Positions 11,978 to 25,758 of a stretch of 64,000 nucleotides of DNA are shown in pieces. The number at the start of each line of letters is the position of its first letter. Positions within the stretch are counted from its first letter, which is position 1. Made by a program: the position numbers and the translations under genes. Origin of the DNA: Basidiobolus meristosporus CBS 931.73 (taxonomy: Eukaryota; Fungi; Basidiobolomycota); contig MCFE01000494.1 in the NCBI GenBank assembly GCA_002104905.1, positions 2,723 through 66,722 on the forward strand. The letters run 5' to 3'. The notes under the pieces are model-generated. The model was not told where the DNA came from. It worked only from the letters and a program-made list of their open reading frames with translations, and ran no database searches.

Positions 11978-14900
11978 ATGTCCAACGAAACACACGATGA
12001 TATATCGAGCAACAACAGCGAATCTACCATAATCGATGAAGTGACCGAGAAGCCAGTCAAGGCTCAGCTGGTAGATCACAAGCACAACTGGGGCGAGGGT
12101 GAGCCGTGTATTGATGTATTTGGAGCAGCTGGAAAGTACGAGGATTTACGTCGAGAGCTTTCTCGGGTATCCACCATCCATCGCATCAGCACCAGGTTCT
12201 CGTCTGTGGAAGAGGGGTCTGGCGAGGATTTCGATTTGACCGAGTACCTACATTCGACGGTTCGAGCAGGCGAAAGAGCAGCTATCAAACCAAAGCATAT
12301 TGGAATCATCTTCAAAAATGTGACGGTCATTGGGGATAAAGTTGGTCACACGTTTATGCCTGATTGCTTTGACTCCCTTGAAAGGGCTATGCAAGATCTT
12401 CAATCCTGCTACTTGGTTGAACAAGCCTCCGAAACCCGATTCGGGTGACGAGGATGGGAAAGTGATTTTACACGACGTGGATGGATTCTGCAAGGATGGC
12501 GAGATGGTGTTTGTCCTCGGCCGCCCAGGCGCAGGCTGCTCCACTTTGCTTCGCGTACTGGCCGGTGAACATAAGCAATACAGGTCAATCGCTGGGGATG
12601 TCTCGTATGGCGGAATCTCTGCCAGCGAGTTCATCAAGAAATACGTGGGGGAGGTCGCTTACAACCCCGAGGATGATTTTCACTTCCCAACGCTGACCGT
12701 CAAGGAGACCATGGATTTCGCTCTGAAATGTAAAACCCCTGGCAATCTACTGCCCGACGAAACGAAGAAATCATTTGTTGAAAATCTCCGGGGAACGCTA
12801 TTGAAGATGTTCGGCTTATCCCACACCTTGGACACACTCGTGGGAAACGAGTATGTCTGCGGCGTGTCTGGGGGTGAGCGCAAGCGTTTATCCATTGCGG
12901 AGCAGATGGCAGCTCGAGCGGCCATCAACTTGTGGGACGGCAGCACAAAAGGTTTAGATGCATCCTCCGCTCTCAACTACATCCGCTCCCTCCGCATCGT
13001 AACCAACATCATGCACAAAGCCACAATGGTTACCGTTTATCAGGCTTCGGAGAAGATCTACAGGGAGTTTGATAAAGTGCTGGTGTTGGACGAGGGTCGC
13101 TGTGTATACTTTGGCCCTGCGCGGGATGCCCGTCAGTACTTTCGGAGTCTTGGGTTTCAAGATTCCCCTCGCCAAACCACGTCTGATTTCTTGACCGCTG
13201 TTACCGATCCACAAGAACGAAGGATTATCCCAGGAATGGAGGAGTCGGTCCCGAAGAGCGCCATCGAGTTGGAGGTGGCCTACAAACACTCGGACTTGCA
13301 TGAGAGAATGGTGCGGGAAAGAGCAGAATACGAGCAATACATCCTCGAGAACAGGCCCTCGGAGCAATTTCGGGAGAACATCTTGGAGTCCAAGCAGAAG
13401 CATGTTCCTAAAAAATCCCCTTATACCACCACCTATTTCCAACAGATACGAGCGCTGACTCTCCGTCAGTTCCAACTGACATTCGGCGATCGTGCTGCAT
13501 TGATTTCACGTTACGTCTCGGTGGTGGTGAAGGCTATCATTGTTGGATCTGTATTCCTGATGCTACCTACAGACACTAGTGGGGCATTCACGCGGGGTGG
13601 CGTCATCTTCTTTGCTCTACTATTCAATTCCCTTGTGGCTCAAGCCGAGATCCCTGCTGCGATGAGTGGTCGCTCGATCCTGTACAAGCACAAATCATTC
13701 GCACTCTACTATCCCAGTGCCTTCTACTTCGCTCAGACGATGGCGGATATCCCCTTCATGGCTGGTCAGGTCCTGTTCTTCTCGGTCATTTTATACTGGA
13801 TGGCTGGCCTGCAGGCGGATGCTGGGAAATTCTTCATGTTCATGTTCATTCTTTTGATCACCGGTTTTACGATGACGGCGTATTTCCGTATGTTTGCCGC
13901 GTTCTCTCCGGACTTCAACACCGCCACGCGCAACTCAGGACTGCTGCTGATGGCTAGTATTTTGTACAGCGGCTACCTGATCCCATATCATCAAATGCAC
14001 CCATGGTTTATCTGGATTTTCTGGATAAGCCCTCTGGCGTACGGATTCAAAGCGCTGATGGCGAACGAGTTCAAGGGGCTGAGGTTTGACTGTTCAGGCG
14101 GCGCACTGGTGCCCAGTGGTCCTACGTATAATGACATCAACTACCAGGCCTGTACACTTGCCGGGGCCCGTCCAGGAGAGAGTTTTGTGGAGGCTGGCGA
14201 GTATATGGATAAAGCCCTGGGATATGATGTGAACCAAATGTGGATTGACGTGGCGGCGGTGATCGGCTTTTGGTTGCTATTCTCTATCTTGGCAGCCATC
14301 GCCATGGAGTGGAAGGAGTTTGGTAAAGGGGGCTTTACTCTCCACATGTATAAACAAACTTCAAAGGCCGCCGGTCATCCCCTTGAAACTACCGAGGCTA
14401 GCGTGGAAGTAAAAGCGCCGGTTGAAACGGTTGAGTTGCAAGGAACCACTTTTACCTGGCGGGATATAGGCTATGTGATTCCGGCCAAAGGATTTCCTCA
14501 AGGTAAGCAGCTGCTGAGCGAGATCGACGGCTGGGTCAAGCCTGGAGAATTGGTGGCTCTTATGGGGGCCTCAGGTGCTGGTAAAACCACACTTCTCGAT
14601 GTATTGGCTCAGCGTAAATCACTGGGCAAGGTGAGCGGCCAAATCCTGGTAGATAGTCATGAAATTGGCGCGGACTTTCAACGCACGACTGGGTACTGTG
14701 AGCAGATGGATGTGCACAACCCAGCTGTCACTGTTCGAGAATCTTTACAGTTCTCTGCCTATCTTCGTCAACCTGAAGAGGTCTCGGAGGCTGAAAAGGA
14801 CGCCTACGTTGAAGAAATCATTCAGCTACTCGAGATGAACGATATCGCCGACGCGGTGGTAGGCGATGTAGAGAATGGTATTGGCATATCCGTCGAACAA

Positions 14901-16325
14901 CGCAAGCGCTTAACCATCGCGGTGGAGCTGGTGGCCAAACCGAAACTGCTCTTCCTTGATGAGCCTACGTCCGGTTTGGACGCCCAGGCTGCTTTCAATA
15001 TCATCCGGTTTATGCGTAGATTGGCTGATCAAGGACAGGCGATTATTTGCACTATCCACCAACCGAGTGCGGTGCTTTTCAGCTTCTTCGATAGACTATT
15101 GTTGCTTGCTAACGGAGGCAAGACTGTATATTTCGGGGATCTTGGGTGTGATTCGGCAACACTGCTTGATTACTTTGAAAAGAACGGGGGCCCCGAATGT
15201 GCAAAAGATGCTAATCCAGCAGAGTATATCCTTGACGTGGTGAACGATAGACATGCACTCGATTGGCCTACAATATGGAGAAACTCCCCCGAGCATCAGG
15301 CGGTTTGCGACAGATTGGATGGAGTAAGACCTATCGAGCTGGGTATTCACGAGAGGAAGAGTCAGCGAGAGTTCGCAACCTCCTTGAACACGCAGCTGAG
15401 AATTGTTGGGCGCAGGATGCTGCTTTCATGGTGGCGGAACCCAGCATACAACTTCGGCCGGAACATGTTTTGCATTATATTCGCCTTGCTTCTTGGCTTT
15501 TCGTTCTGGCAGGTGGGGAATAGCCAGATGGACCTTCAGCTTCGGGTCTTTGCACTTTTCCAGTCATTGGTAATGGGCTCGATCTTCATGAATCTGGCTC
15601 AGCCACGCTATATCGATGAGCGGAATATCTACTATCGGGAGAATTCGAGCAAAATGTACGGCTGGAAACCATTCTGGATCTCCATCATGATGGTGGAGCT
15701 GCCCTTCTTGTTGATCACCAGTACTTGCTTCTGGCTGCTCCTGTATTATATTAGTGGGTTCAACGAGGACTCCGGGCGTGCATTCTATTCATGGCTTATG
15801 AATGTGTTCTTTGGCTTCTTCTGTGTCTCCCTGGGCCAAATGATCGCCTCCTTCTCCACCTCCAAGCAGATGGCCGCGTTACTCAACCCATTCTTCTTTT
15901 CAATGCTGAACCTATTTTGTGGTGTGATGGTTCCCTATGACTCCATGCCAGGCTTTTGGAAGGCCTGGATGTACTGGATCGACCCGCTGCATTATTGGGT
16001 GGAGGGGTTGGTTGTCAACGAGCTGCATGAATTGCCAGTTCGCTGCAGCGCAAGAGAATTTGTAACATTCAATCCGCCGCCAGGCCAAACGTGCTTACAA
16101 TATGCCGGGTCTTTCCTATCCAAAGCGCCGGGCTATCTACAGAACCCGAATGCCACGGTGGCTTGTAATTACTGTTCTTATGAGAGGGGAGATAATTTCT
16201 ACGAGCCTTTGGGCTGGTCGTACTCTAATCGCTGGCGTAATTTCGGCATACTCTGTGGCTTCTGGATATTCAACGTCCTGTTTACCGGGTTCGTGATCTC
16301 TAAATTCCGGGCTGCCCGTCGTTAG
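11978..16325 (+). CDS. PDR/ABCG full-size ABC transporter, intronless, with one apparent +1 frameshift near 12368-12370
   Basis: NBD1 GRPGAGCST/VSGGERKR; NBD2 GASGAGKTT/SVEQRKR/LFLDEPTSGLD; two TMDs; N-terminal 130 aa lie in a different frame from the remaining 1331-aa ORF. Confidence 0.92.
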
Positions 16326-16345
16326 TTCGGCCAACCCCAAGTGTA

Positions 16346-16420
16346 AAATATAGTCGCATTTACCATTGTTAAATATAGTCGCATTTATTATTGTTAAATA
16401 AAGCCGCATTTATTATTGTG
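16346..16420. repeat. 3 x 25-bp tandem repeat (AAATATAGTCGCATTTAYYATTGTT) between the convergent ABC and SEC9 3' ends
   Basis: Direct reading; units at 16346, 16371 and 16396. Confidence 0.85.
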
Positions 16421-16485
16421 AGTGGTTAAATGCATGATTAGGTAATACAGGGTTTGGGTGAAAATACAATGCAGAGTTGTAACGT

Positions 16486-17335
16486 CTACTTGATTCGGTT
16501 GAGACGGAACTGGTTGGTATGAATCTTCTGGTCGACCTCGTCGGCACGCTGGTTGACACCATCCAGGACTTGATTTTGTAGGCTGATCTCATCACGCATG
16601 CTGAGTCCCATATTCTTCAGGCGTGATAATGAATCTGACATGATATCCAGATTCTCATCAATCTGCCGCTCCTGCTCCTCACCCTCTCCTTCGAAGGTGT
16701 AGCCGCTTGATGCATACGATTGACCTTGTGATTGACCGGAGCCTGAACCAGAGTAGGCGGAGCGAGCGCCCGGTCGATTTCCAGTAGCAGAGGCTACTCG
16801 TTGTTTTGCGTCGTAGTCAAACTTACGCAACTCCTCCTTTCTCTCTTGCTGAGCTTTGTGTTCAGCCTGCAGTTTGGCCAATTCCTTCTCCTTCTTTTTC
16901 TTGGATCCAAATGGATTAGAGAAATTAACTTTGAAAATGGATCCGTTGAGCTTCTTAAGTTCAGCAGTCTTTTCCGCGGCAAGGTCGGCTTGAACGTCAG
17001 CAATGTCCAACTGCCCCCGAATGCTATTGATAGATTCTACAAGGGAGAAAGCACAACAAGGTGAGCAAAAGTAGGCCAGCGACCGGAGGATACAACATGT
17101 ATATACCTGACTGCTCGCCCAGCTTGACTAGAGTGTTCTGAGCCATTTCTTCTGTTTGTTTTAAGGTGCGGATGGCGTTTTGAGTAGAGGCCAAAGATTC
17201 ATCTCTGACTTTGTTGATCTCCTGTCGTAAGACATTCACCTCAGCATCCTCATCCACCTCTCCAGAGGCGCCATACTGATTCTGAGAGTAAGCCTGGGGT
17301 TGCTGTTGCTGGCGGAAACGTCTGAAATCCTCCAT
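16486..17335 (-). CDS. SEC9: Sec9/SNAP-25-like Qbc t-SNARE (one intron)
   Basis: Two SNARE motifs: ESLASTQNAIRTLKQTEEMAQNTLVKLGEQ and IDENLDIMSDSLSRLKNMGLSMRDEISLQN. Confidence 0.88.
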
Positions 17336-17731
17336 TAGATAAGTTACAAATGGTAAAGATGGGATTGCCAGGCCGTTATTAATAGAGCTTCCACCAATTT
17401 GGGATCAAGGGTCAGGGGATACATGATAGAGTAAATGTTGTGTAACACCACTGGGCGAATAGAACGACGAGCACCTAATCGCTCCCAATCATCAGCCGTC
17501 GCTAATTTAGCTAATTTACAGCCTCTGAGGTGGATAACAATGGTATGTGGGAGTCCAGGAGTGCTCTGATAAACATATGTATCATATAAAATAGCCCTTT
17601 ATTTACAAAAAGCTCGAGTTGTATCAGCCAAGCCAATGAACTCTATTAGGGAAACCAAAGTCACAAGGATAGATTGGGCTTGCAGCACCAGAGAATGGAG
17701 TCTAGATGGGCAGTATGCTTGATCACAGCAA

Positions 17732-18645
17732 TTACTCGTCGCTATCCCAATCATCATCGTCTTGCTTCTCAGGGAATCCAAAAATAGACGTTTGTTTGCT
17801 CGAGTTGGATTCGGGTTTTTTGATGACACCTGCAATGGAAATGTTACCACCATGTTGTAGACGCTAAAGTTTAAACGTGCATACCGCATTTCACCAAGCG
17901 TGCTTCCACTAGATCAGTTTTGAAGCCGTCAGTGTTCCCAAGCTCCTCAAAGCCCACCAACCTGAGATATACAAGTTCAATAGAGATAATATATATGTAA
18001 CATGGGAGAGTATACTTACTTGTCAACAGAGATCCCGTTCACAAAGGACATAACACAGGGCAAAACCTTGATCTTTAGCTTCTCTACCAAAAATCCTGCG
18101 TTTTCAACATCGATTTTGCAGAACTTTGTCCTGAAGTGTCTGGATGCGATTTTCTAGTTGGACATTTAATCAGAGTCCCAAGTAAGGATTGAGTTGCGAG
18201 AAAGTACCTCCAAGTGTGTATCCATTATTTGGCACCGACGGAAGTCTTTGTGGAAGAAGTGGACGACGCATTGTGGGGTTGTGGTGGTTATCTTCAGGAT
18301 TTCCTTTTCAGAGTCGATCTCGGTGTATGCTCCATGATCTTTCTCTTTTAAATCTCGGACCTGATTCAACCTAAGAAATACGAATGAATCATTCTGTAAA
18401 GAATCTCTACACATTGGCTCGGGACATACTCTCTCTGTAGTTGCTCAAGACGCTCTTCGCGATAGCTTTCAAACGCATCATCGTTTTCTAACTCAGCAAA
18501 CAGTGCGTCTTCATCCTCCGATTCATTGTCGATCGTACGAGAAGCTAGATTCTCGATTTTTCTAAACGTATGTTAAGTAAATAATAATAGACATAAACAA
18601 CGGTTGAAAGCATCTTTACTCGTTAATATAAGTCTCGTCAGCCAT
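17732..18645 (-). CDS. PLP1: Phosducin-like thioredoxin-fold protein (Plp1/TXNDC9 type), multi-exon
   Basis: EDEDALFAELE..YREERLEQL; CVVHFFHKDFRRCQIMDTHL; F.KIDVENAGFLVEKLKIKVLPC; acidic C-terminus DDDDWDSDE*. Confidence 0.85.
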
Positions 18646-19243
18646 CGTGTTTAGCAAGCGGTGGACCAAACTCGCTGTTCTGATGCAAATCACAAATAGG
18701 CAGTGGCGATCTTTTTTTCAGTGATTGCAATCCAGCATGCAGGCAGGAATATGAACATTGAGGGGCTTTCCATATCAGGCTGGAGAAGGGTTGCATGTCG
18801 AATCAAATATTAACAAGTAAATACACCATTGATTTTCCTTTTTCCCGTGGACATCCGATGCTAGAAAGCCTTAATTTATCGCATTTCTTCTTTCTGATAT
18901 TTTCGACATATATCACGTTTGGTTTTTGTAACTTGCTTGAGACTTCAATTGGGGAATGCTGCTGATTGAAATACATTGCAAATCCAACAATATCACAGTT
19001 GTGAACCCTGACCAACTGATCCCCTTGTTTTTGCCAAATTGGCTTGGTATTTTTTCAGCAATTGGTATAATTTCCTGTTGTCTGGTTTCTTTAAATTGGC
19101 ACGTTGGTGCATTGTTGGTAATTAAGACGTGATTTTGAAACTTGTTGAAGTATAGACACTTACTAGGTACTGAGCGAGAAAGAGCAGGCACTCCATTCAA
19201 CACCATATAATAGATATCTACGTTAAATTGGAATATTCAAACC

Positions 19244-20442
19244 ATGGACATTGCTATATCTTCTGCAGTTTCGGGTGCATTTTACTATGCATACAGATAT
19301 TCAATGGGAAAGATTGGGGCAGTTTTGTCTGCGAAGCCTCTGGAGCTTGCTCAACCTGGCGACTACGTCAAGGTTGAGGGAAAGGTTACGTTGTTGAATA
19401 ATGCCAAACTCGAGTCACATTTCGCTTCCGGGAAAGTGTTCAGCGTGATGCACGAAGTAAGTTATTTTTGTTGTCTGCTGAGATATCCACACGAAGGTGA
19501 GGTTTTCGAAGCCTAGTAAGCCTCAGACCGCCCTTCCTCGCGGATGAACAGCACTGTGGTAACCTTCGGAACCCTCATACTAACCAGGAGTTACTTCTAG
19601 ATAACAAAAAATCACCTCATATCCAAGTGGGATAGGCTGTTTTTGCGCTGGTAAGAGTGAGTCGCGCAATGGCTTGAACAGGTCGTTAATGTTCTCACTT
19701 TAGGGTCTCAGAGACTGAAATGATGTCACGTACTTTTCGCAGCGTTCCTTTTCAACTCACCACCTCATTATTTCCAAACACCCCACTCGTAAATATCGGC
19801 GAAATACGGCCAGAGGACATCGCTAATGAGCTCTCCTTGCCAACGCTAGCCACCCATTTCTCACCCACGTCGCCGTCCCATTTCGCAGACTCGACGTATT
19901 CGCAAAACATGAAGTCTCATGGGGTTCAAATAATCGAGCGTGCGCTGCCAGTTGGAACCTCTTTAACGGTGGTGGGTGAGCTCTCCAGGCCGATGGACAA
20001 CACACTACCAGAGAACGTCTTGGAGGTTATTAAGCCTCAAAATCCTAAGCTCCCATTCGTATTAACGAGAGAAACATACGGAGTATTTGTTCATCGTCAA
20101 ACCACTGTCGCACGGGTACTCTGGTGGGTGTTTTTGGGTTCGGTATCGGTTTGCGGGTTCTGCATTCTGCGACGACTCTTCCCATTTGTATATCCTCGGT
20201 TCAAGACATGGAATGAACGTCGCCGGTTGCAAAACTATTTAATGGAGCGAAAGCGTCATGACCAACGACTCGAAAGTGTCGATATGGATACAGATCTGTG
20301 TCTGGTTTGCTTCGAAAGACAGAGAAATGTAGTTATTCTTGAGTGCGGACATAAATACACATGTGCCGAGTGCACGGATGAGCTACTCGATTGTCCACTG
20401 TGCAAAGGGCCTGTGAGTAAGGGAATCCGAGTTGAAAGTTAG
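19244..20442 (+). CDS. MUL1/MAPL-like membrane-anchored RING E3 ligase (GIDE/BAM domain, TM, C3HC4 RING)
   Basis: N-terminal TM; YVKVEGKV; SVPFQL; ERALPVGTSLTVVGEL; PFVLT; second TM; RING CLVCFERQRNVVILECGHKYTCAEC...CPLC. Confidence 0.75.
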
Positions 20443-21294
20443 AGCACCTTCGTTAATAACCACGACCTCTTGTAAAACACGTTGAAGCGAAGGCAGTAAT
20501 TGTTTGATTCCCCTAGGAACGAGGGTCCGACATTCCTTATTCCCTTACTCGTACTATGGTGTGAGTGTAGCTTGTAATTTTTCATTTTGTTGAACCTAGC
20601 TGGCAGATTCAGTATGGATCTCGAAGCGTCGCATTGTGCATTTCATTTCTTCACCCCATCTACTATTTATCCAATGCCACATTCATAAACGAAGTTGATC
20701 CATTTTTTATGACTGGGTCGGGATCATTCTATCCCCGATGGAAGTAATAAACCGATTGCAGGCTCTTCATCAAGCTTGCTGGATCCTTGAGTGATGCATC
20801 TAGAGATCAGGAGACTGCCATATACACTGGTTTGAGAAGGAATACTTGGTGGCTTCATTCCATAGTCGTCAGTTGCCACATCTACATCGCTGTGGTAGAT
20901 AGTCCCCTCTTTTTGGCGATTTCCAACCCCACTTTTTCGATTCATTAATTCGACCTTGGCTTGTTTAAGCACATATCTTTACTACCATAAGGGGTGAGTT
21001 ATTGGTAAACAAAAAACTGCAGTTGTTCTTGGTTCGTGCATCTGCTGAAGCGCACGTTCTTTCATATCGACCTTTTTGGATTCCCGGTCATCATTTGAAG
21101 TATACTTGGCTTTTTGGTTGAGTTTTGTGTAGAAGCCACCTTGATTCGAATCTTCCTAAGTTTTGTAAAAGCGAACTTTCGCGCGCATACCGAGATTACC
21201 ACCACCTGTTTCTATATCAACTCACGAATAAGCCCAATTTCCTCGCTTTTTTCTCGATACCTTCCTATACTTTCAGTTCATTTCACTCAGTCGC

Positions 21295-24200
21295 ATGAGT
21301 ATCTCAAAAGGGGATTCCTTTACAAGCTTGGACTTTTTACGTGATAAGGGGACGAATGGTACGTATTCTACAATAATTGGAATTCATTTGCTAGCTCCTA
21401 AAGTTCCTCATCCTTCTTTAGTCCGGTTGATTTCTTTAAATATCACGAATGGCGCTAACGTACTCTTACACGTCAAGCCCGACGAGATTGAGGGGGTGGC
21501 GCTTGGCACCTCGGGCTTACTCCGATTCATACAGGATCCTGAGCATCCTAGGCGCCTCATTGTGCAACTACCACCTATAAGTGGAGGAACTTCTGAATTG
21601 ACGTTTAATTTCGCATTCGCTTTCGATACTGGGAATGCACCCAATGTTTTAGCACTCATCCATTCGAACTCGGAGAATGAGGTGGAGAAACTACGCAAAC
21701 AGATCGAAACTGGCAGCGATATTGTAAGTGTCTAACCAGTCGATATTTTTTACCAATAACGGGAAGGTCTCATTGTTTCGTCGACTCTTTTTAGGTGTAT
21801 GAGCATTCACAGATTGAGATCGTGGATACGTATCCAGTCATCAACAACGAAACTACTTTCGAGTGGACATTCAACTACCATCCTAAGCAACAGATGCCCA
21901 TGGCTGACGGAGTAGGTTGGAAAGCATCATTTTCAGTAAGTCCCCTTTCCATTCAATGTTGAAACTAGGCTCCAACTAAGATCGCTCCATCAACAAGCTC
22001 ATGGATCTGAACATCGGCGCACATACCGCAAATTACGAGATCAGCTTCGACATGTGGATCGTGCCGTCTCCAATTCGTTCATTGCCGGAAAAGAAGAAGT
22101 CCCCGGGTTTGTTGGAGCATCCTATCTCTATCAATACCAACCATGACATGTTACATTCGCCACTCTCTAAGAAGAGATCAACCAGCACCCAGCACCAGTA
22201 TAGTCCCTTGAGCCCTTCCAGCATCTCATCATCAGAACACTCCGGCCGCATCCAGAATGCTCAAGCGTCCCCTTCGCGGAATACCTTGGAAGGAAGAAGC
22301 CTTGCTGAATCCTTCAACTTGGACATCGTGGACTCGCCGCTATTGCGGTACAAAATACAGCAATCCGAAAAGAGTATAGCAAGTTTGAAAACTGAGGTCA
22401 AGAGGCTGATCAAAGCAGTGAGCGAGTATGAAGAAGCGGGAAGGATGGAGATACTCGCTTGTAGAAAATTAATCCACACGGTCAAAAAATCACGTTGTCT
22501 GGACTCGGTGAACTATCTTCTAGAGAACTGGCTAAACAGCATTGTGAAATTTCGGGAAGCAGTCTACGATAGACTGGAGACTCTGGTGAAGAACCCGATG
22601 GAGAAACTGTACGAAAAGGAGATCAAATCAGCCGACGGCAAAACAAAGGACTTTCTCAAGGAGGCCGAGGAGTTCTACCAATTTGAAGCGAAGCATCTGT
22701 CCTTAAGGCTGGACAAGAATAGAAACGGCTCCCCACAGGATGTCCAGTATGAGAAACGCAAAGAAATCTTTGGACAAAAGATCCTTGATATCTATCTATT
22801 CCTGCACGAACTTACCGAAGGCCCCAAAGAAGGAGAGCTGATGATGTATTTTTTGAGCTTCATCCAAAAGTACCTTGGCTATGTTAAAGAAATCCACAAC
22901 TCGATTGAAGAGAACAAGCACGAACTCTTGTGTGTCGAGCATATAGTGTCGTCGATCTGTAAGGTTACTAATGAGCAGCGGAAGTCAATACAGGAGCGTC
23001 GAAGACAGTCGGAGAAACGAATCAACGCAAGCTCCTCAAGCATGCACGACTCCAGAAAAAGCTTGAAAAGAAGTTCCAAGTCGAATTCGCTTCTGAATAC
23101 CGGAGATCGGGTGAAATCCCAAGTGGGCGGAATACGTGACCTGGGATCGTTCGACATTGAGCTGGCATCTTCTGCCGGCAGGCACAAGGAGGGAGTTCTT
23201 TATTCTCCAGCCAAGCGAAGACCTTCCAACTTGGACAGCTCGTGGCATGGAAACTGGTGTGTGATCTCTCGTGGGCACTTTTCAGAGATTGTAAATTGGA
23301 AGAAGAAGCCGGAAGCGCACAAGGCATCGATTAGTTTGAAATTGGCCTCGGTGCGACAGTTGCCCAATGCTGACCGTCGCTTCTGCTTCGAATTGGTAAC
23401 CTTGACAGGCAAAAGGGTATATCAGGCGCTGTCCCACGAAGATATGGTTGATTGGATCAATGTGCTGAAGAATGCCATCGAATCGCAGCTCAACGGAATG
23501 AGCTCCTCCTCGGACCTGAGAGCCCTATCGATGGTGGACAAGAAGGGGAAAGCCAAGGAATCCGAAGGGAAAGAAAGCATCCGTACAGTATTGAAGCACG
23601 ACCCCAGCAATGCCCAGTGCGCAGACTGTGGCTCTAAAAACCCGGAATGGTGCTCCATCAATTTCGGGATCCTTCTCTGCATTGGTTAGTGTCTATGAAT
23701 GTTTGTGTTGATCCGAGTTGGAGCTGATTTGCGTGAACTGATTTGTAGAATGCTCGGGTATCCATCGAAGCCTAGGAACGCATGTATCTAAGATCCGCTC
23801 GCTTACCTTGGATAAATCATTCAGCCCAGATCTCATTGAGATGATTTCCCGAATCGGCAACAGAGTATTCAATGAGATCTGGGAGTCCCAGGTGGCCTCG
23901 AGCACAAATGACCCTGCACGACGGTTGAAGCCATGCAACACAGATTCGAGGGAAGCCAAGGCCGCCTATATCAAGGCTAAATACATCGATCGAGCATTTG
24001 TGCAACCACGGTCTGATCATGAGATTGACAAATCGCCCAATAGTTTGCTGCTCTGTGCCATAGAAAACAACGACCTAGTTGGTGTCATGAAGGCATTTGC
24101 ATTAGGTGCAAACTTGAATGAGCCTATCAACGAAGGTGGCATTGACCCTGACGAGAAGACTGGCGCTGGGATAACCCCGCTGCAATTCGCGCTGCTGCTG

Positions 24201-24785
24201 CATTCCGAAGCTCTCTCCAAGATCTCTCACTCCTCGACCATGGCTTCAGAGAAGAGTATCGACTTGACAAGTGGCCAGTACTCGCGGTCTAGTCCCGAGA
24301 TTGCTGGTCACATGCGAAGACGTACGATCCAAGCCTTACCCTCACACAAAACCCCGTCACTATCCTCGTCGTCAGCCTTCGATTGCTCTGAAACCGACTC
24401 CATCGTCTCGATGCCCGAAGCAGCCAGTGAGAGGATCACTTTTCCAGTGCCGGAGTTCCTGATTCAAAACGGAGCTGACGTTAACCTCCAATCGTCCATA
24501 AATGGAATGACCGCGCTAAGCTTGATGATGTCCAAGGGGAACTTAGCGGCAGTCAAATACCTGCTGGGAAAAGGAGCGGATGCTACTGGCGACGGGGCTG
24601 AGATCCATCCATCCACGGTAGTAACGAAACTCTCGATCAGCTCCAGAAGTAGCACGAATACCTCGACGCACGCTGCGAACAGAACCTTGAGAAGCAGGGC
24701 CTCCTCGCCATGCATGAATCCCAACTCCATCCGAATGCCAACCTCGAAGGTGGACAGGCTGAGCGTAGCCAGGTTGTTCAAGTAA
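21295..24785 (+). CDS. BAR-PH-ArfGAP-ankyrin protein (ACAP/centaurin-beta type), multi-exon
   Basis: BAR-like helical region; PH domain (HKEGVLY..W...RRFCFEL); CADCGSKNPEWCSINFGILLCI/ECSGIHRSLG; ankyrin repeats. Confidence 0.88.
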
Positions 24786-24910
24786 ACGCCATCCAAGGCA
24801 AGTTTTGTAAAGCTTAAATCTTTTTAATACCTTGACAGTTTCATTTATTTAATCCTTAATAATACATTCTGCATTTAATTCCCTAATAAACGGCCCATCC
24901 ATTGTCCATC

Positions 24911-25758
24911 TCATAACTTCCCGGCTTCCTTCAATTTTTGGTACAACAGCAGAGACGATAACGCCTTGACATCGGCAGTGGTCTTCCACAACTGGTCCAG
25001 CTCTACAAGCTTTAGTGTGATGTTTTCCCCCTCATCTCTCAAACCCGTTAATTTTCCCTGCATCTCCTCCAACTTTTCCGGATCAATATCCTTGATACAC
25101 AGGAACAATCGAATGAATTCATCGCAGACGCCAGGTGAGGTATAAGCCCCTTGGATCTCTTGATCGGTGTAAGCCAACTCGGTCATATCGATCAATTCTT
25201 CGTGGTTGATAACCAATCCGGTTTCCTCCTCGAGCTCTCTGGATGCTGTACCAGAGAACTCCCCAGAATCGTCCAACATGCCAGCAGGCAGTTCCGTAAA
25301 TGACAGAGATCCAACAGGTATTCTAGGTTGGACAGTTAGGACCACGTACTCCTTAGGATCGGACGAAGTCGCCTGTTTTGCTCGCAGTATCAACAGCACG
25401 CTAACCGATCCACCTCTCTAGTAAAGTCGACCAAACAGCTGAGTACACGGCACATTTTCCAAGACAGCACACCACACCACACCACACTTACCAGCAACAC
25501 TATCCCAGGCACGCTTTTGCCGGAGGCCTTGAGCTGAGCATTCACTTTCATCTTCACGAAACCGAGCTTGTCCTTGAAATAATCCACATCTTGGATGTCA
25601 ATACTCGAGACCTCAAACTCGTCTTGGTTGGTTTGTTGGTTGAGCCTCTCGCACCAATCCACGAATGGCTTGAAGCGTTGTACCTCCGATAGGTTCACCC
25701 TCGTTGAGCAGGCAGTCAACGGAACCTTCTTGGAGAGCAGATGAACGGTGTCGGGCAT
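24911..25758 (-). CDS. Nudix hydrolase (ADP-sugar diphosphatase, NUDT14-like), one intron
   Basis: ELPAGMLDDSGEFSGTASRELEEETGL Nudix box; YTSPGVCDE; GLRDEGENI. Confidence 0.88.

Noticed and set aside
18803-19206. Short ORFs between PLP1 and the MUL1-like gene
   Set aside because: No start or splice support and no recognisable motif
20724-21200. Short minus-strand ORFs upstream of the ACAP-like gene
   Set aside because: Could not build a consistent spliced model or recognise a domain
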